From positions 57,303-121,302 of the IMG/VR virus record IMGVR_UViG_3300041964_000099: DNA of 64,000 bases; one strand, given 5' to 3'. This document shows, in pieces, positions 8,797-17,921 of this stretch. The translations under genes and the position numbers were made by a program. The notes beneath the pieces were generated by a model. That model made no database searches. It saw only the letters and a program-made list of their open reading frames with translations, and had not been told where the DNA came from. The DNA comes from a virus. Each line of letters begins with the position of its first letter. Position 1 is the first letter of the stretch.

Positions 8797-8893
8797 ACAT
8801 TTATTGTCCTAGTCTGTATTTGCTACAGGCTAGAACCAGCAAGGCTTTTGGCCTTGACACTAAATGTTTAATTTTGGACAAATAAATGTTTAA
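8771..8893. repeat. Symmetric inverted-repeat site between convergent genes
   Basis: 20-bp perfect arms TGTCCAAAATTAAACATTTA (8784-8803) / TAAATGTTTAATTTTGGACA (8861-8880); extra TTAAACA boxes 22 bp outward; two small hairpins in the spacer. Confidence 0.85.
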
Positions 8894-8905
8894 TGTGCCG
8901 AAAAA

Positions 8906-9405
8906 CTAAGCAAGCTTCAGCAAAGGTTGCACAACCCGAATCAAAGCCGCTTCCGGCTCTGGAGCCATCGGCACATCAATTCGGCAATAGCGATAAGAAT
9001 CACCTTGGCTAGATTCTTCCATGATCATGCAATCAACAAACTCGACCTTGACCGACCAGTGTTGCTGACATAGCAGCAGCGCCCCAGCCCAAAATGCCAG
9101 GTGTGGCGTGACGTTGAAATCTGAAAGCAGCAGGCGATAGTAGTGATCTGGAGTTGTGCCCTCGCTCAGCACCGAAACTGATTTGTTGAACTTCTGCGGC
9201 AAATGCAGTAATGCTTCAACCAAGCTGGATTGAGCATCGTTGAGGCGATGGGAAGCGTACATAGCGAATCTCAGGGAAGCGATCGAGGCGAAGCTTGAAT
9301 CGAAATTTGCTACCTGCGCTGCTGCAAAAACTCTGTATCGTTGAGTTTCGGTCGCAGCAGCAATCCTTAAAAAAAAATGAAAAAATCTTGCTCCGATTCT
9401 GGCAT
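8906..9405 (-). CDS. Hypothetical protein, apparently interrupted by a T9 run (one extra base gives 166 aa)
   Basis: ATG 9405 reads MPESEQDFFIFF then TAA right after T9 (9369-9377); the -1 frame is open into track ORF 8906..9262. Confidence 0.45.
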
Positions 9406-9499
9406 TTCAATCGCCCGATGGCGATAGGAAATTCGCGGAACTCTACCCAAATTTAAGGGTGTCTCGCCTTGGAATTGCCTTTAGTTTACAGCCGCATCT

Positions 9500-9591
9500 A
9501 GTCATGTCAAAATGATTCAGCCTAATCATGATTAAATGATGAGGTTTATAAATGTCATCATTTAGAGGTTTAGTCATTTAGGAGTTTCATC
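9500..9591 (+). promoter_or_regulatory. Candidate centromere/operator repeats upstream of parA
   Basis: Palindrome TAATCATGATTA (9523-9534), GAGGTTT at 9541 and 9565, TCATTTAG at 9558 and 9574; RBS AGGAG. Confidence 0.5.
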
Positions 9592-10389
9592 ATGCACACA
9601 ATTGCGGCCTTGTCGCTCTCAGGCGGCCAGGGCAAGACCACAACGACGCTGTTTCTGTCCAAAATTCTTGCAGGTCGAGGGCTTCGAGTGTTGGCGATCG
9701 ATGCCGATCCTCAAGCTAATCTGACAACGTTTCTTGGTCAGCACATTGAGCCGACCGATCCAACGTTGTTAGAGTTCATGCGCGGAACGGTGAAAGAAAC
9801 TGCTGATGCCGTTTACCCAACGTCTACGCCCAACTTGGCGCTCATTCCAGCAGATGACGGCCTGGAAGGGCTGCAAGAATATCTGTCTGGTACAGGAATG
9901 GGGGCACTGCTGCTAAGACAGCGATTGCAGAAACTTCAGTCAAGTTTTGACTTATGCCTTATAGATTCGCCACCCCAGGCGTACTTGCTGACCAAATCAG
10001 TCATTGGCGCGAGTGATAGTATTGTCATTCCCTGCGAGCTAAATGGAAAAGGATTCGGCTCATTAATTCGCTCCCTGACTGTGCTTTCACAGCTTCAAGA
10101 GATGGATGCAACTCAAGCTGAAGTTGTTGGCATCATGCCATTTCGCGATCGCTGGTTCGGACTGAATCGATCGAAGGATTCGCAATTTTGGCTCAATCAA
10201 ATGATGGATTTGCCAGAAGTGCAATCAGAATGGATGCTGCCCACACTACGCGAATCCGTTCGTGTTCCTGAAGCAATTAGCAAGCAATCTATGCTGGCTG
10301 AAACGCAGCAGCTTGACTATCCCTTTAGCGTGTTGAGCGAGCGTTTGATGGCAAAACTGGCTGTGGCGTCGGAGGTTGTTCATGTCTGA
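9592..10389 (+). CDS. parA: ParA family partition ATPase
   Basis: Deviant Walker A LSGGQGKTT, DADPQANLT, IDSPP motifs; no N-terminal HTH (type Ib-like). Confidence 0.95.
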   Translation: MHTIAALSLSGGQGKTTTTLFLSKILAGRGLRVLAIDADPQANLTTFLGQHIEPTDPTLLEFMRGTVKETADAVYPTSTPNLALIPADDGLEGLQEYLSGTGMGALLLRQRLQKLQSSFDLCLIDSPPQAYLLTKSVIGASDSIVIPCELNGKGFGSLIRSLTVLSQLQEMDATQAEVVGIMPFRDRWFGLNRSKDSQFWLNQMMDLPEVQSEWMLPTLRESVRVPEAISKQSMLAETQQLDYPFSVLSERLMAKLAVASEVVHV

Positions 10390-10744
10390 TAACAACATGG
10401 CTGATTTAATACGCCAGCGGCATCGCAATTCAGTTCCTCCTCGTGAGATGCCGATGACAGCAGCTCCACCACCACCACCCGCTGAGCCGCCCTCACCTGA
10501 AGTGGAAACCAGTATCAGTACCTTGCGGCTCGATAAAGAACTGAAGGCTGAGATGCTAAACCTCTGCAACAGTGAAGACCCGCGCCTGACGCTGGAAGTT
10601 TTGGTTGAAGGGCTGTATCTCAGTGCCCAGGCAAACGGCCATGTTGAAAAAGCATTGGCGATCGCCCGCGATCGTCTCAAGCAGCGCAAGCAGGCCGGAG
10701 TCCAGAAGCGGGCGAAGACCTATGCTCAAAACCTGCAATCATGA
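10382..10744 (+). CDS. Small partition partner (ParB/ParG-like centromere-binding protein)
   Basis: Overlaps the parA end; flexible Pro-rich N-terminus, then STLRLDKEL...LEVLVEGL RHH-like core. Confidence 0.65.
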   Translation: MSDNNMADLIRQRHRNSVPPREMPMTAAPPPPPAEPPSPEVETSISTLRLDKELKAEMLNLCNSEDPRLTLEVLVEGLYLSAQANGHVEKALAIARDRLKQRKQAGVQKRAKTYAQNLQS

Positions 10745-10774
10745 CTAATTGACGGAAGTGCAATTTTTCACAGC

Positions 10775-10880
10775 TTCTATACCTCTACATGATGAAGTGT
10801 CTAACTTTAATCATGTAGAGGTTTCATCATTTATAAGTGATTACATTCTTAAATGCTGTCATGATGACATGATCGGGTCA
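10775..10880. promoter_or_regulatory. Second candidate centromere repeat cluster downstream of the par operon
   Basis: 13-bp inverted repeat ACCTCTACATGAT (10781-10793) / ATCATGTAGAGGT (10810-10822); GAGGTTTCATCATTT resembles the upstream boxes. Confidence 0.5.
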
Positions 10881-10930
10881 TGCCAAAGTTTAGGGTGCGC
10901 GTTTTGGTCGATGTAGCGTCACGTTGCACC

Positions 10931-11506
10931 CTAAGTTTTGCCGTGATTCTGCCTGAAGACAGCCATCAAGTCATTCGGATTCTGAATTGCTTCCCGCAGA
11001 TCGGCGTACTTGCGCTCGATCGCCATCAGCCAAAAAAGCTCAGTTGGATCGCCCCGATAGAGTAGCCAGCGATTGTCAACCCGCTCAAAAACGTAGACTA
11101 AATAGACTCCGAGCTTTCGAGCAGCTTGGCTAGGGCTGTAGCTAAGGCTGGAGAGGTTGAGATCGATCTTGAGAATTGGACGAAATTCGCCCGTGGCTGA
11201 AATTTGATAGCTAAAGCAAAGCAGGTGGGTGTACGGGGGTGTGAGAAGCTGCTTCCACAGATCGACTCGCGATCGCCGTTCGTCACTCCATTCGAGCATG
11301 TCACCATCGGGGATGAAGAACTGCTGTATTTTGTGAGCTGTTGCAAGAGGATCTGCTCTACTTTCTCCACCGGCACTGCTGCTGATGTCAAGGTAGTGTG
11401 TGGCGATTTTTGTGAGCGGGTGGCAGCCGCTCCAGGCGTAATCCGGCGAAGGTTTTCTCGAAGCACGCAGACCAAGGAACGTCGAAAGTCGAGCATAGAG
11501 TTTCAC
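10931..11506 (-). CDS. Hypothetical protein (last gene of the tail operon)
   Basis: Abuts the holin-like gene; no recognisable motif. Confidence 0.55.
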   Translation of the reverse strand: MKLYARLSTFLGLRASRKPSPDYAWSGCHPLTKIATHYLDISSSAGGESRADPLATAHKIQQFFIPDGDMLEWSDERRSRVDLWKQLLTPPYTHLLCFSYQISATGEFRPILKIDLNLSSLSYSPSQAARKLGVYLVYVFERVDNRWLLYRGDPTELFWLMAIERKYADLREAIQNPNDLMAVFRQNHGKT

Positions 11507-11788
11507 TTACTGAGTAGGCTTGCCCATTAGTGTGGCATACGCATTGAGGCGTGCCGTGGGCGTAAGTCGAACAATTGCGGTTCCTGCACCCATTGCACCG
11601 ATCCATCCCAGTGCTTTAGCAGGAGTGAAGTCTTGCTGTACCGATTGCCGTGAGGCCGGTACAACCACACACAAAATCACGAGTAAGTGTAATCCCAGCT
11701 CGATCGGGTCAATTTTTTGACCAAAGATAGAAATGGCAGTGCGTGAACGATTCGGGCACTCGGTTGGGCAGGAATTTGGTTCGGTCAT
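11507..11788 (-). CDS. Putative holin-like membrane protein
   Basis: 93 aa with two hydrophobic segments (LGLHLLVILCVVVP; ALGWIGAMGAGTAIV) at the end of the tail module. Confidence 0.45.
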   Translation of the reverse strand: MTEPNSCPTECPNRSRTAISIFGQKIDPIELGLHLLVILCVVVPASRQSVQQDFTPAKALGWIGAMGAGTAIVRLTPTARLNAYATLMGKPTQ

Positions 11789-11854
11789 GGGGTGACATCA
11801 GGATTGCAATACTCTTAATGTGCCCAGCGGCCAAACCAACAGCGCTCAAAGGTT

Positions 11855-13264
11855 CTACCCAAGCCAAGCTTTGAGGCAACGAGGCGCAAACACATGGTAG
11901 TAAGCAAGATTGCGAGCATCGTTGTTACTTGGAAAGTCACCGTAGCGGGTGTAAAACCTTGTTTGCATCAACAGCTTGCCCTCAGCGATCGCTGTCTCAG
12001 TATTCAAAACCTGATCGAGCTGAACATTACCATCGTCATTTAAGACGCCATCAACAATTTCAGTTGCATTAACTCCAGCCTGAACTGCACTAATCTGCAA
12101 CTGCTTAAACTGAGCTGACTGCATTTCTTTCCAGGGCAAGTTATTCTCAACCGCTTCTGAGTTGCTGTTGTAATCTGAATTAGCTTGTGCCCGAAAAACC
12201 TGAAATCTTTCGCCTGCCAACAATGCCGCAGAAAAAGCAATACCCGAAAAATAGCTCTGATAGGGAGATTTTGTAATGAGGGCATAAGGCGAGAACGGCT
12301 CAGTTAAATCGACCCAATATCTCGGAACAATCCGAGCTGTATCCAGTGGCTCATGCTGTACAACGCTGATCCCTCCTAGAGTTGGATTAATCAAGCTGGC
12401 AAAATCAAAACTAGGTCTTGTAATGTCCGGCAGAACCAATGACTGCTTCACCAAACCGCGATCGCGATAAATTGGCGGCAGACTTTGCGAATCGTCATCT
12501 CGATCCGTTGGATAGCGCGGCAGCAAATTAGCAGTGTAAGCGCTCCATTCTGGCGGGTAAGTCGTTGCGGGAGAGGGATGCCGCTGATCTGAATTTGCGG
12601 TGCGCGGCTGAAAGCCCAAGTGCGTTTGCTCATGGGTTCGGATCACTTGATCGCGGCGATTAAGCAGCCAGGTAAATAGCCTTAAGTTGTAGCTGGGATA
12701 AAGGTTTTCTGGATTGACGATCATCACGCTGCCAATCTGCACAATTTTTTGCTGTTCAGAAATCCAGGTCAGCCAATACTGTCGTCTCGTCTGCCTCGCA
12801 TCGAGCAGCATTGGGGCTGTGCCCAATTCTTGCAGCGTCGTTAAAGCAGTAACGCTCTGATCAGTCATCAGCCAAATCTTTGAGCCGCCAACCTCATACA
12901 TTCCATTCGTAGCGTTGTCATATTCCACTACCGAAGTCTGAAACAAGACAGTGATGTTGCCTGGATTGCTCGTTACCAAAGTACGGCGACGATGCTGCAC
13001 TACTGTTTCTCTAACAGGAATGGTTTCGGCCCCAACTCCCCACCAGTGCCCGTTTGTGTCTTGCAGCAGCGTTAAATTGTTGCGACTGGGCGCAACAGTG
13101 TTGAGTAGGGTCACGTTGAAAAGTGTCGATCGCCCTTGCAATGGATCTGCCAGTTGAACTGAAATTACCTGCCCCACCGTGCCATAACCTGTGCCGATCG
13201 CCACAGATTGATAGCTGTCGATTGTCCGGCCCGTGACAGATCGAACAAGCTGATCGCTAATCAT
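11855..13264 (-). CDS. Hypothetical tail-associated protein
   Basis: ATGA-coupled at 13264 (MISDQ); in the structural operon. Confidence 0.6.
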   Translation of the reverse strand: MISDQLVRSVTGRTIDSYQSVAIGTGYGTVGQVISVQLADPLQGRSTLFNVTLLNTVAPSRNNLTLLQDTNGHWWGVGAETIPVRETVVQHRRRTLVTSNPGNITVLFQTSVVEYDNATNGMYEVGGSKIWLMTDQSVTALTTLQELGTAPMLLDARQTRRQYWLTWISEQQKIVQIGSVMIVNPENLYPSYNLRLFTWLLNRRDQVIRTHEQTHLGFQPRTANSDQRHPSPATTYPPEWSAYTANLLPRYPTDRDDDSQSLPPIYRDRGLVKQSLVLPDITRPSFDFASLINPTLGGISVVQHEPLDTARIVPRYWVDLTEPFSPYALITKSPYQSYFSGIAFSAALLAGERFQVFRAQANSDYNSNSEAVENNLPWKEMQSAQFKQLQISAVQAGVNATEIVDGVLNDDGNVQLDQVLNTETAIAEGKLLMQTRFYTRYGDFPSNNDARNLAYYHVFAPRCLKAWLG

Positions 13265-14262
13265 GCCCAGGCCCACCAAAGATAGTCTTGAGCGCTATTG
13301 ATCGACGAGTGATTGCCAACTTGAAATCCGTTCGCTTGAAATTCGATCGCTAGACTTCCAGGGGTTGAAATGGTTTCCGAAAAAGTTTGATTCGCAACTA
13401 GATAGCGATTGCCACCCCGCAGCCGATTGAACCAGAACCAATCCCCCGTAGTAATCGATCGCAGCAAAACTAGATTGGGGGTCAATCCGGCGTTGACGAT
13501 CGGGCCTGGGCTGAGGTTTGTGCCAGTGTAGCGGCCAGAAGCAAAAACGCCAGGAACAGGGGCAAACAGATAGGCCACATAGTTTCGACTCGATTGAGAA
13601 AAGGTTGAACCAACCGAAAATTGCGTAGTAGTTGGTTGCGTGCTATTCCAGTAAGTTGCGCTTGAAGCGGGAGCTGAAGAGTTAAAAAACAGTGCGTTAG
13701 AACTTGCGTTGTCCAGCGAAGCGCAATATGCGGCCATTGCCCCGCTTAGACTTGTATTCTTCACCCAGATTAGCGTTGGGGCAACGCCTAAATTGTGCGT
13801 TAGAACTCGCGTTGAGCCATTACCGAGCCAGGTCACGATCGCTGTTCCAGCGCTGGGATCTAGCCTCCAGGCCAGCGAAAGATAATCGAAGTTGTTCGCT
13901 CCGTAACTCGGCGTTGAGAAAAATGTGTACCCATTCGCATAGGCTTGCAGTTCGGGCGAATCAGTCGTGACTCGATTTATGGTGTTGGACGGATCAATGA
14001 TCATCGTCCAGTTCTGCGGCTGATTGTTGAGGCGATGCGATCGAGCGCTTGAACTAAGGCATTTTGTCCAAACGATGCCAGGGTTAAACCCGGTATTGAG
14101 CGCTAGAAAACTGCCTGCACCTCCATCTGAGGAGTTGCCGCCAAATCCGGCATAGCTGGCGATCGCCAGTGAATTCGACCGCAAGATAGTGGCCGCCGAT
14201 CGATTGCGAGAATCAATTTTTCCGGTGCGACGACGCGATCGCCAAAGCAAGATGTCTGACAT
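13261..14262 (-). CDS. Tail fibre / receptor-binding-type protein
   Basis: Repeated motifs GFNPGIVWTK, HNLGVAPTLIWVKN, GLTPNLVLLRS, NYVAYLFA, as seen in cyanophage fibre modules. Confidence 0.65.
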   Translation of the reverse strand: MSDILLWRSRRRTGKIDSRNRSAATILRSNSLAIASYAGFGGNSSDGGAGSFLALNTGFNPGIVWTKCLSSSARSHRLNNQPQNWTMIIDPSNTINRVTTDSPELQAYANGYTFFSTPSYGANNFDYLSLAWRLDPSAGTAIVTWLGNGSTRVLTHNLGVAPTLIWVKNTSLSGAMAAYCASLDNASSNALFFNSSAPASSATYWNSTQPTTTQFSVGSTFSQSSRNYVAYLFAPVPGVFASGRYTGTNLSPGPIVNAGLTPNLVLLRSITTGDWFWFNRLRGGNRYLVANQTFSETISTPGSLAIEFQANGFQVGNHSSINSAQDYLWWAWA

Positions 14263-14612
14263 TATTCGATCCGGTTAATGTTCGCGCCAACGATCACTTC
14301 TCCAGCCACAGACGCGACTGCTCGCACCGTAATATTTTTCTGGCGTAGTCCACCTTGAAAACCTTGAAAACCTTGGCGCGACGGCAATGCAACTCGCCCT
14401 AAGCAAATCAATACATTGGCAGCGTTGTAATACTGGAAGATCAAATCGGCTTGAGCAAAGTAGTTATTAGCAGCCGATAAAAACAATTCCTCCGGCAGAG
14501 TTGGATGCAATGCACAGATCAACGTGCCGGGTTGAGTTTCGTCGGTGTGCTGCACGATAATTGGAGCGCCATCAAGTGAACCGCTTGGAAATTGAGCCGA
14601 AAGCGTTGCCAT
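14262..14612 (-). CDS. Small tail/baseplate-associated protein
   Basis: TAATG-coupled to the downstream gene. Confidence 0.55.
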   Translation of the reverse strand: MATLSAQFPSGSLDGAPIIVQHTDETQPGTLICALHPTLPEELFLSAANNYFAQADLIFQYYNAANVLICLGRVALPSRQGFQGFQGGLRQKNITVRAVASVAGEVIVGANINRIE

Positions 14613-14620
14613 ATCAACCT

Positions 14621-17600
14621 CTACGAAAAAACTTGAGATTCTAATCCAGCTCCACTGCTGCCACCACCACCAGCACCAACCGGACTCGACGATCCGTTGT
14701 TAGGTAATCGCAACATCAACGTGCCGTTGTTGTTCCACAGCGCGATCTGATTCGCGCCGGTTGATGGAGGGCTGACCGTCGAGGTCAAAACAAGGCCGTT
14801 TGCATTGCCGACTGCTCCCGTCGCGCCCTGCGCCCCCTGCGCACCCCGCAAAGCGTTCACCTGCCAGTAAGCCGGATCGGGCGGCGAATTGCCCTCGCTA
14901 GGGTCGGGGTTGATGTAAACGTAACTGCCGTCATCTACCGTGCCCAAATTGAAATCAACAAAATCCAGCTTGCTGTAAGTCGCGAGCGGGTTGTAAGTTC
15001 CACGCGGGTTAAAACTCTGCCCAGTTGCCCCTTGAGTGCCGTTGCGGGCCATTCGCTGCCAGTAGGCAACATTGGGCGGTGCATTGCCGCTGCTGGCGAC
15101 AGGATTGAGATAAAGATAGCTGCCATCGTCAGCAGATCCGGCATCCAAGAAAACCAAGTCGTTATAGGCGTAGTTTCCGATCGGGTTGTACGTTCCTGCT
15201 GGCCGAATGCCGTCGAAAACAATTTGCCAGTTTGAGCCTGCGTCTGTGCTGGGGTCAGCGTTGTTGTTAATCGTCAAACTTAAATACAACTTGCCTTGAC
15301 GCCGTACCACGTCATGCACGGCATAAGTCGCGATCGCCGACCAGTCATTGCGAAACCGCAAACCCCTAGCCAGGGGCAGCCAGTTTGTTCCGTCGTCAAA
15401 TAGCGGATCAATATTGGTGCTGGGCTGAACCGCAAACCAGCTTGAATTCCCGGCGCTAACAACGCTGGTGGCGACAAACGTATCAGAACTATTCCAACTG
15501 CCCTTCAGAAAAATTCCTGGGTCGCCTTTATCCCCTTTGAGGCTAATCACCGAAACCCAGCCGCTAAGTTGCTTAAAGTACAGCAGTCCGGCCTGGGGAT
15601 GCGGGTCTCGAAGAAAATAGTAATCCCCTGGCTCGCCAATGCTGTTGCTCGGTTCCGTTGAACCAAACAAAATCTGTGAACCGTCATCCTTCAGCCAGCG
15701 CCCTGCTTCATTTTCAGCAATATCGCTAGGTCGAATCGATCGATCGCCGTCGTCTGTTTCCGTCGATTCAGGGTGGAAACGGTAAGGATTGCCTTTCTCG
15801 GCCAGATAGCGCGATTGGTAAGGGCTGCGATCGCCCGCTGGCACGGCTCGCATATTGACGATGGAAATCACCGGCTCTGCCCAAACCTGAGTACGCTGCT
15901 CTAACCGCGCCAAACTCGACTGTGCAGTGTGAATGCAGCCAAGAAGCTGTGAATCATGGCTGAGGCTCGTTATCGTTGTGCCGTCGTAGGCAAAGGCAAA
16001 AGCAACTTGAACCCCAGCCGGATAATCGCCCGCCCCGCTGACAACCGCAGTTGCGCTCACAGGCGCAAACAAACTGAAGCTGTCAGCCACAGTCGGCAGC
16101 GTCACGATCGTGCCAGAAGCCCACGACGGCAAGTTAAAGGTCTGGCTCGCGCCATCCACAAAACCCAAATTTGGGAATTCTCGCACTTCGGCCCCAGAGC
16201 GAACGTAAACCGTAACGCTGCTGGCATTCAGCTTGGCGCGGCTGGCAAGTCCGGCAATTCGATCGGGATAGTTAGCGCGAACCTGAGCCGTCGTCCCGTT
16301 GCTTGGGTAGTTCAGTGTGATTTGCAGGCTACCCGCAGCCGTCGTTGGGGCACTAAAGGCACAAGGCGCAGAGACGCCGCTTTGAGTGGAAACGATCGCC
16401 CGCAGCACTTCACCAGATTGAATTGCCCCAGTGCGCAAGTAGATCGCGCCGTTGCCATTGATCACAATGGTCTGAGCGGTCTGATTTGCCAACAGGCCAA
16501 AAATTTGCGATGACCCCAGCGCTGGAAAGTTCCGCCGCCCTACCATGCCTTCACGAGACAAGGCTAAGGCACTCAGTCCGGGATAAGGCACAACCCAGCC
16601 GCGATCGAGGACTGGATAAATCCAGTCGCCCATTGCGGCCCCAACCGGACTGTATTCCCCGACTTGAGCATAGAAAAATGGTTGAATGCTGAGGACGCTG
16701 CCCGCTACCGTTGCCGTCTGAAGTGCAATCAAATCAAACTGCGGTCGGACTTTCAACACATAAGCTTCTCCCGTGCGCAAATCGTCTGGAGCAATTAAAT
16801 CTGTACGGCCAAATTCAAAACTGCGTTCCAAGTCAACATTGGCAAAGGCTTCACCGCTGTCAAACGTTGTGCGAAGCGTGCCGTCGCTGGGTTGGGCATA
16901 GCCGCCAAACGTCACCCGCAGCAAATGATCAAAGGCGGAAAATTGAGCAATGCCGCTCAGCTCAACATTCAGGCCCACCCGCTGCCCCGCATCGATCGAC
17001 ACGGCATCAGTGTTGTAAAGCCAAAACTCCAGCGCTCGCCCGACATCGCCGGTCATCGCGTAAGTTGGCAGCCGCAGGCGCGTCACATCCAGCAAATCTA
17101 GGGGCTGATCGCAGCCACCCCCATCCGTCGTACTCGTAACGACAGCGCTAAAGCTTCCAGGCTTCCATAGCCATGCGCCATCGACATCCGCTAGAACGGT
17201 TTCCCCATTAGGAACAGCCGTACTGTCGGTTTCATACTCAAAAATTTTGCCTTCTAAGCTCGTGATCGCCCGCAGCATCCCTTCAACCGGCAGCAGCGGC
17301 AGATCATTTTCTGCATCGATCGTTTCAGACAGCTCGAAGTATTCATCGCCATCTAGCAGCAAGGTAAGCGGCATGGCGATCGGCTCGCCCTGTGCATCCA
17401 CACTGTTGAGCGCTGCCACCTGAACAAAGCTGCTGGCCGTGTTTGAGGTTGAAGCGGCCAGAATGTAGCGCTGCCAGGATTCACCCCCTAACCGCACGCT
17501 GCTGGGCAAAGAGATGCGCAATCTGGATGCAACTGGAATCGTAATCGGGCCAACGATCGGCGACAGAAGATTCACCCCGGCAGGATTTTCACCCACCAAG

Positions 17601-17704
17601 GCAAAGTACAGAGTATGGCTAGCCGTCGTCTGGCCTTCTTCGATCGTTAGCCAGCTCGCCTCAAACGGCAAGCTTGATCGTCCAGATGCAAATTGATACC
17701 GCAT
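14621..17704 (-). CDS. Large tail fibre/spike with collagen-like triplets and carbohydrate-binding-like repeats
   Basis: GDKGDPG, GTQGATG, GAQGAQGATGAVG; about five W/Y...Y..D.V...Y......N.P....W repeats resembling CBM5/12. Confidence 0.7.
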   Translation of the reverse strand: MRYQFASGRSSLPFEASWLTIEEGQTTASHTLYFALVGENPAGVNLLSPIVGPITIPVASRLRISLPSSVRLGGESWQRYILAASTSNTASSFVQVAALNSVDAQGEPIAMPLTLLLDGDEYFELSETIDAENDLPLLPVEGMLRAITSLEGKIFEYETDSTAVPNGETVLADVDGAWLWKPGSFSAVVTSTTDGGGCDQPLDLLDVTRLRLPTYAMTGDVGRALEFWLYNTDAVSIDAGQRVGLNVELSGIAQFSAFDHLLRVTFGGYAQPSDGTLRTTFDSGEAFANVDLERSFEFGRTDLIAPDDLRTGEAYVLKVRPQFDLIALQTATVAGSVLSIQPFFYAQVGEYSPVGAAMGDWIYPVLDRGWVVPYPGLSALALSREGMVGRRNFPALGSSQIFGLLANQTAQTIVINGNGAIYLRTGAIQSGEVLRAIVSTQSGVSAPCAFSAPTTAAGSLQITLNYPSNGTTAQVRANYPDRIAGLASRAKLNASSVTVYVRSGAEVREFPNLGFVDGASQTFNLPSWASGTIVTLPTVADSFSLFAPVSATAVVSGAGDYPAGVQVAFAFAYDGTTITSLSHDSQLLGCIHTAQSSLARLEQRTQVWAEPVISIVNMRAVPAGDRSPYQSRYLAEKGNPYRFHPESTETDDGDRSIRPSDIAENEAGRWLKDDGSQILFGSTEPSNSIGEPGDYYFLRDPHPQAGLLYFKQLSGWVSVISLKGDKGDPGIFLKGSWNSSDTFVATSVVSAGNSSWFAVQPSTNIDPLFDDGTNWLPLARGLRFRNDWSAIATYAVHDVVRRQGKLYLSLTINNNADPSTDAGSNWQIVFDGIRPAGTYNPIGNYAYNDLVFLDAGSADDGSYLYLNPVASSGNAPPNVAYWQRMARNGTQGATGQSFNPRGTYNPLATYSKLDFVDFNLGTVDDGSYVYINPDPSEGNSPPDPAYWQVNALRGAQGAQGATGAVGNANGLVLTSTVSPPSTGANQIALWNNNGTLMLRLPNNGSSSPVGAGGGGSSGAGLESQVFS

Positions 17705-17747
17705 TCGCCTGCGTTGCTCAAAGGCTTACGCCTTCAGTGTTCCCGCT

Positions 17748-17921
17748 TTAACGGAGACGTACACTGCTTCGGGTTGGACGGCTCGCGCCCCTGGTAATCG
17801 TGTTTTCAACCCTGTTAATTTTCAACGTCAAACCATTGCGAGTGCGCTGGGCCTGGGGCGAAATCAAATTCAGCAAACGCACCCATTCAAGTGCGGCTTG
17901 CTGTTGAGAGCGAGTAATCAT
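17748..17921 (-). CDS. Small basic protein (57 aa, below the track cut-off)
   Basis: MITRSQQQAALEWVRLLNL...SVRLR*; ATGA overlap with the stop of 17918..20590. Confidence 0.5.
   Translation of the reverse strand: MITRSQQQAALEWVRLLNLISPQAQRTRNGLTLKINRVENTITRGASRPTRSSVRLR

Noticed and set aside
8784-8880. Inverted repeat as a protelomerase (tel) site
   Set aside because: Arms are separated by 57 nt rather than forming a continuous palindrome, and no protelomerase-like ORF is in the window.
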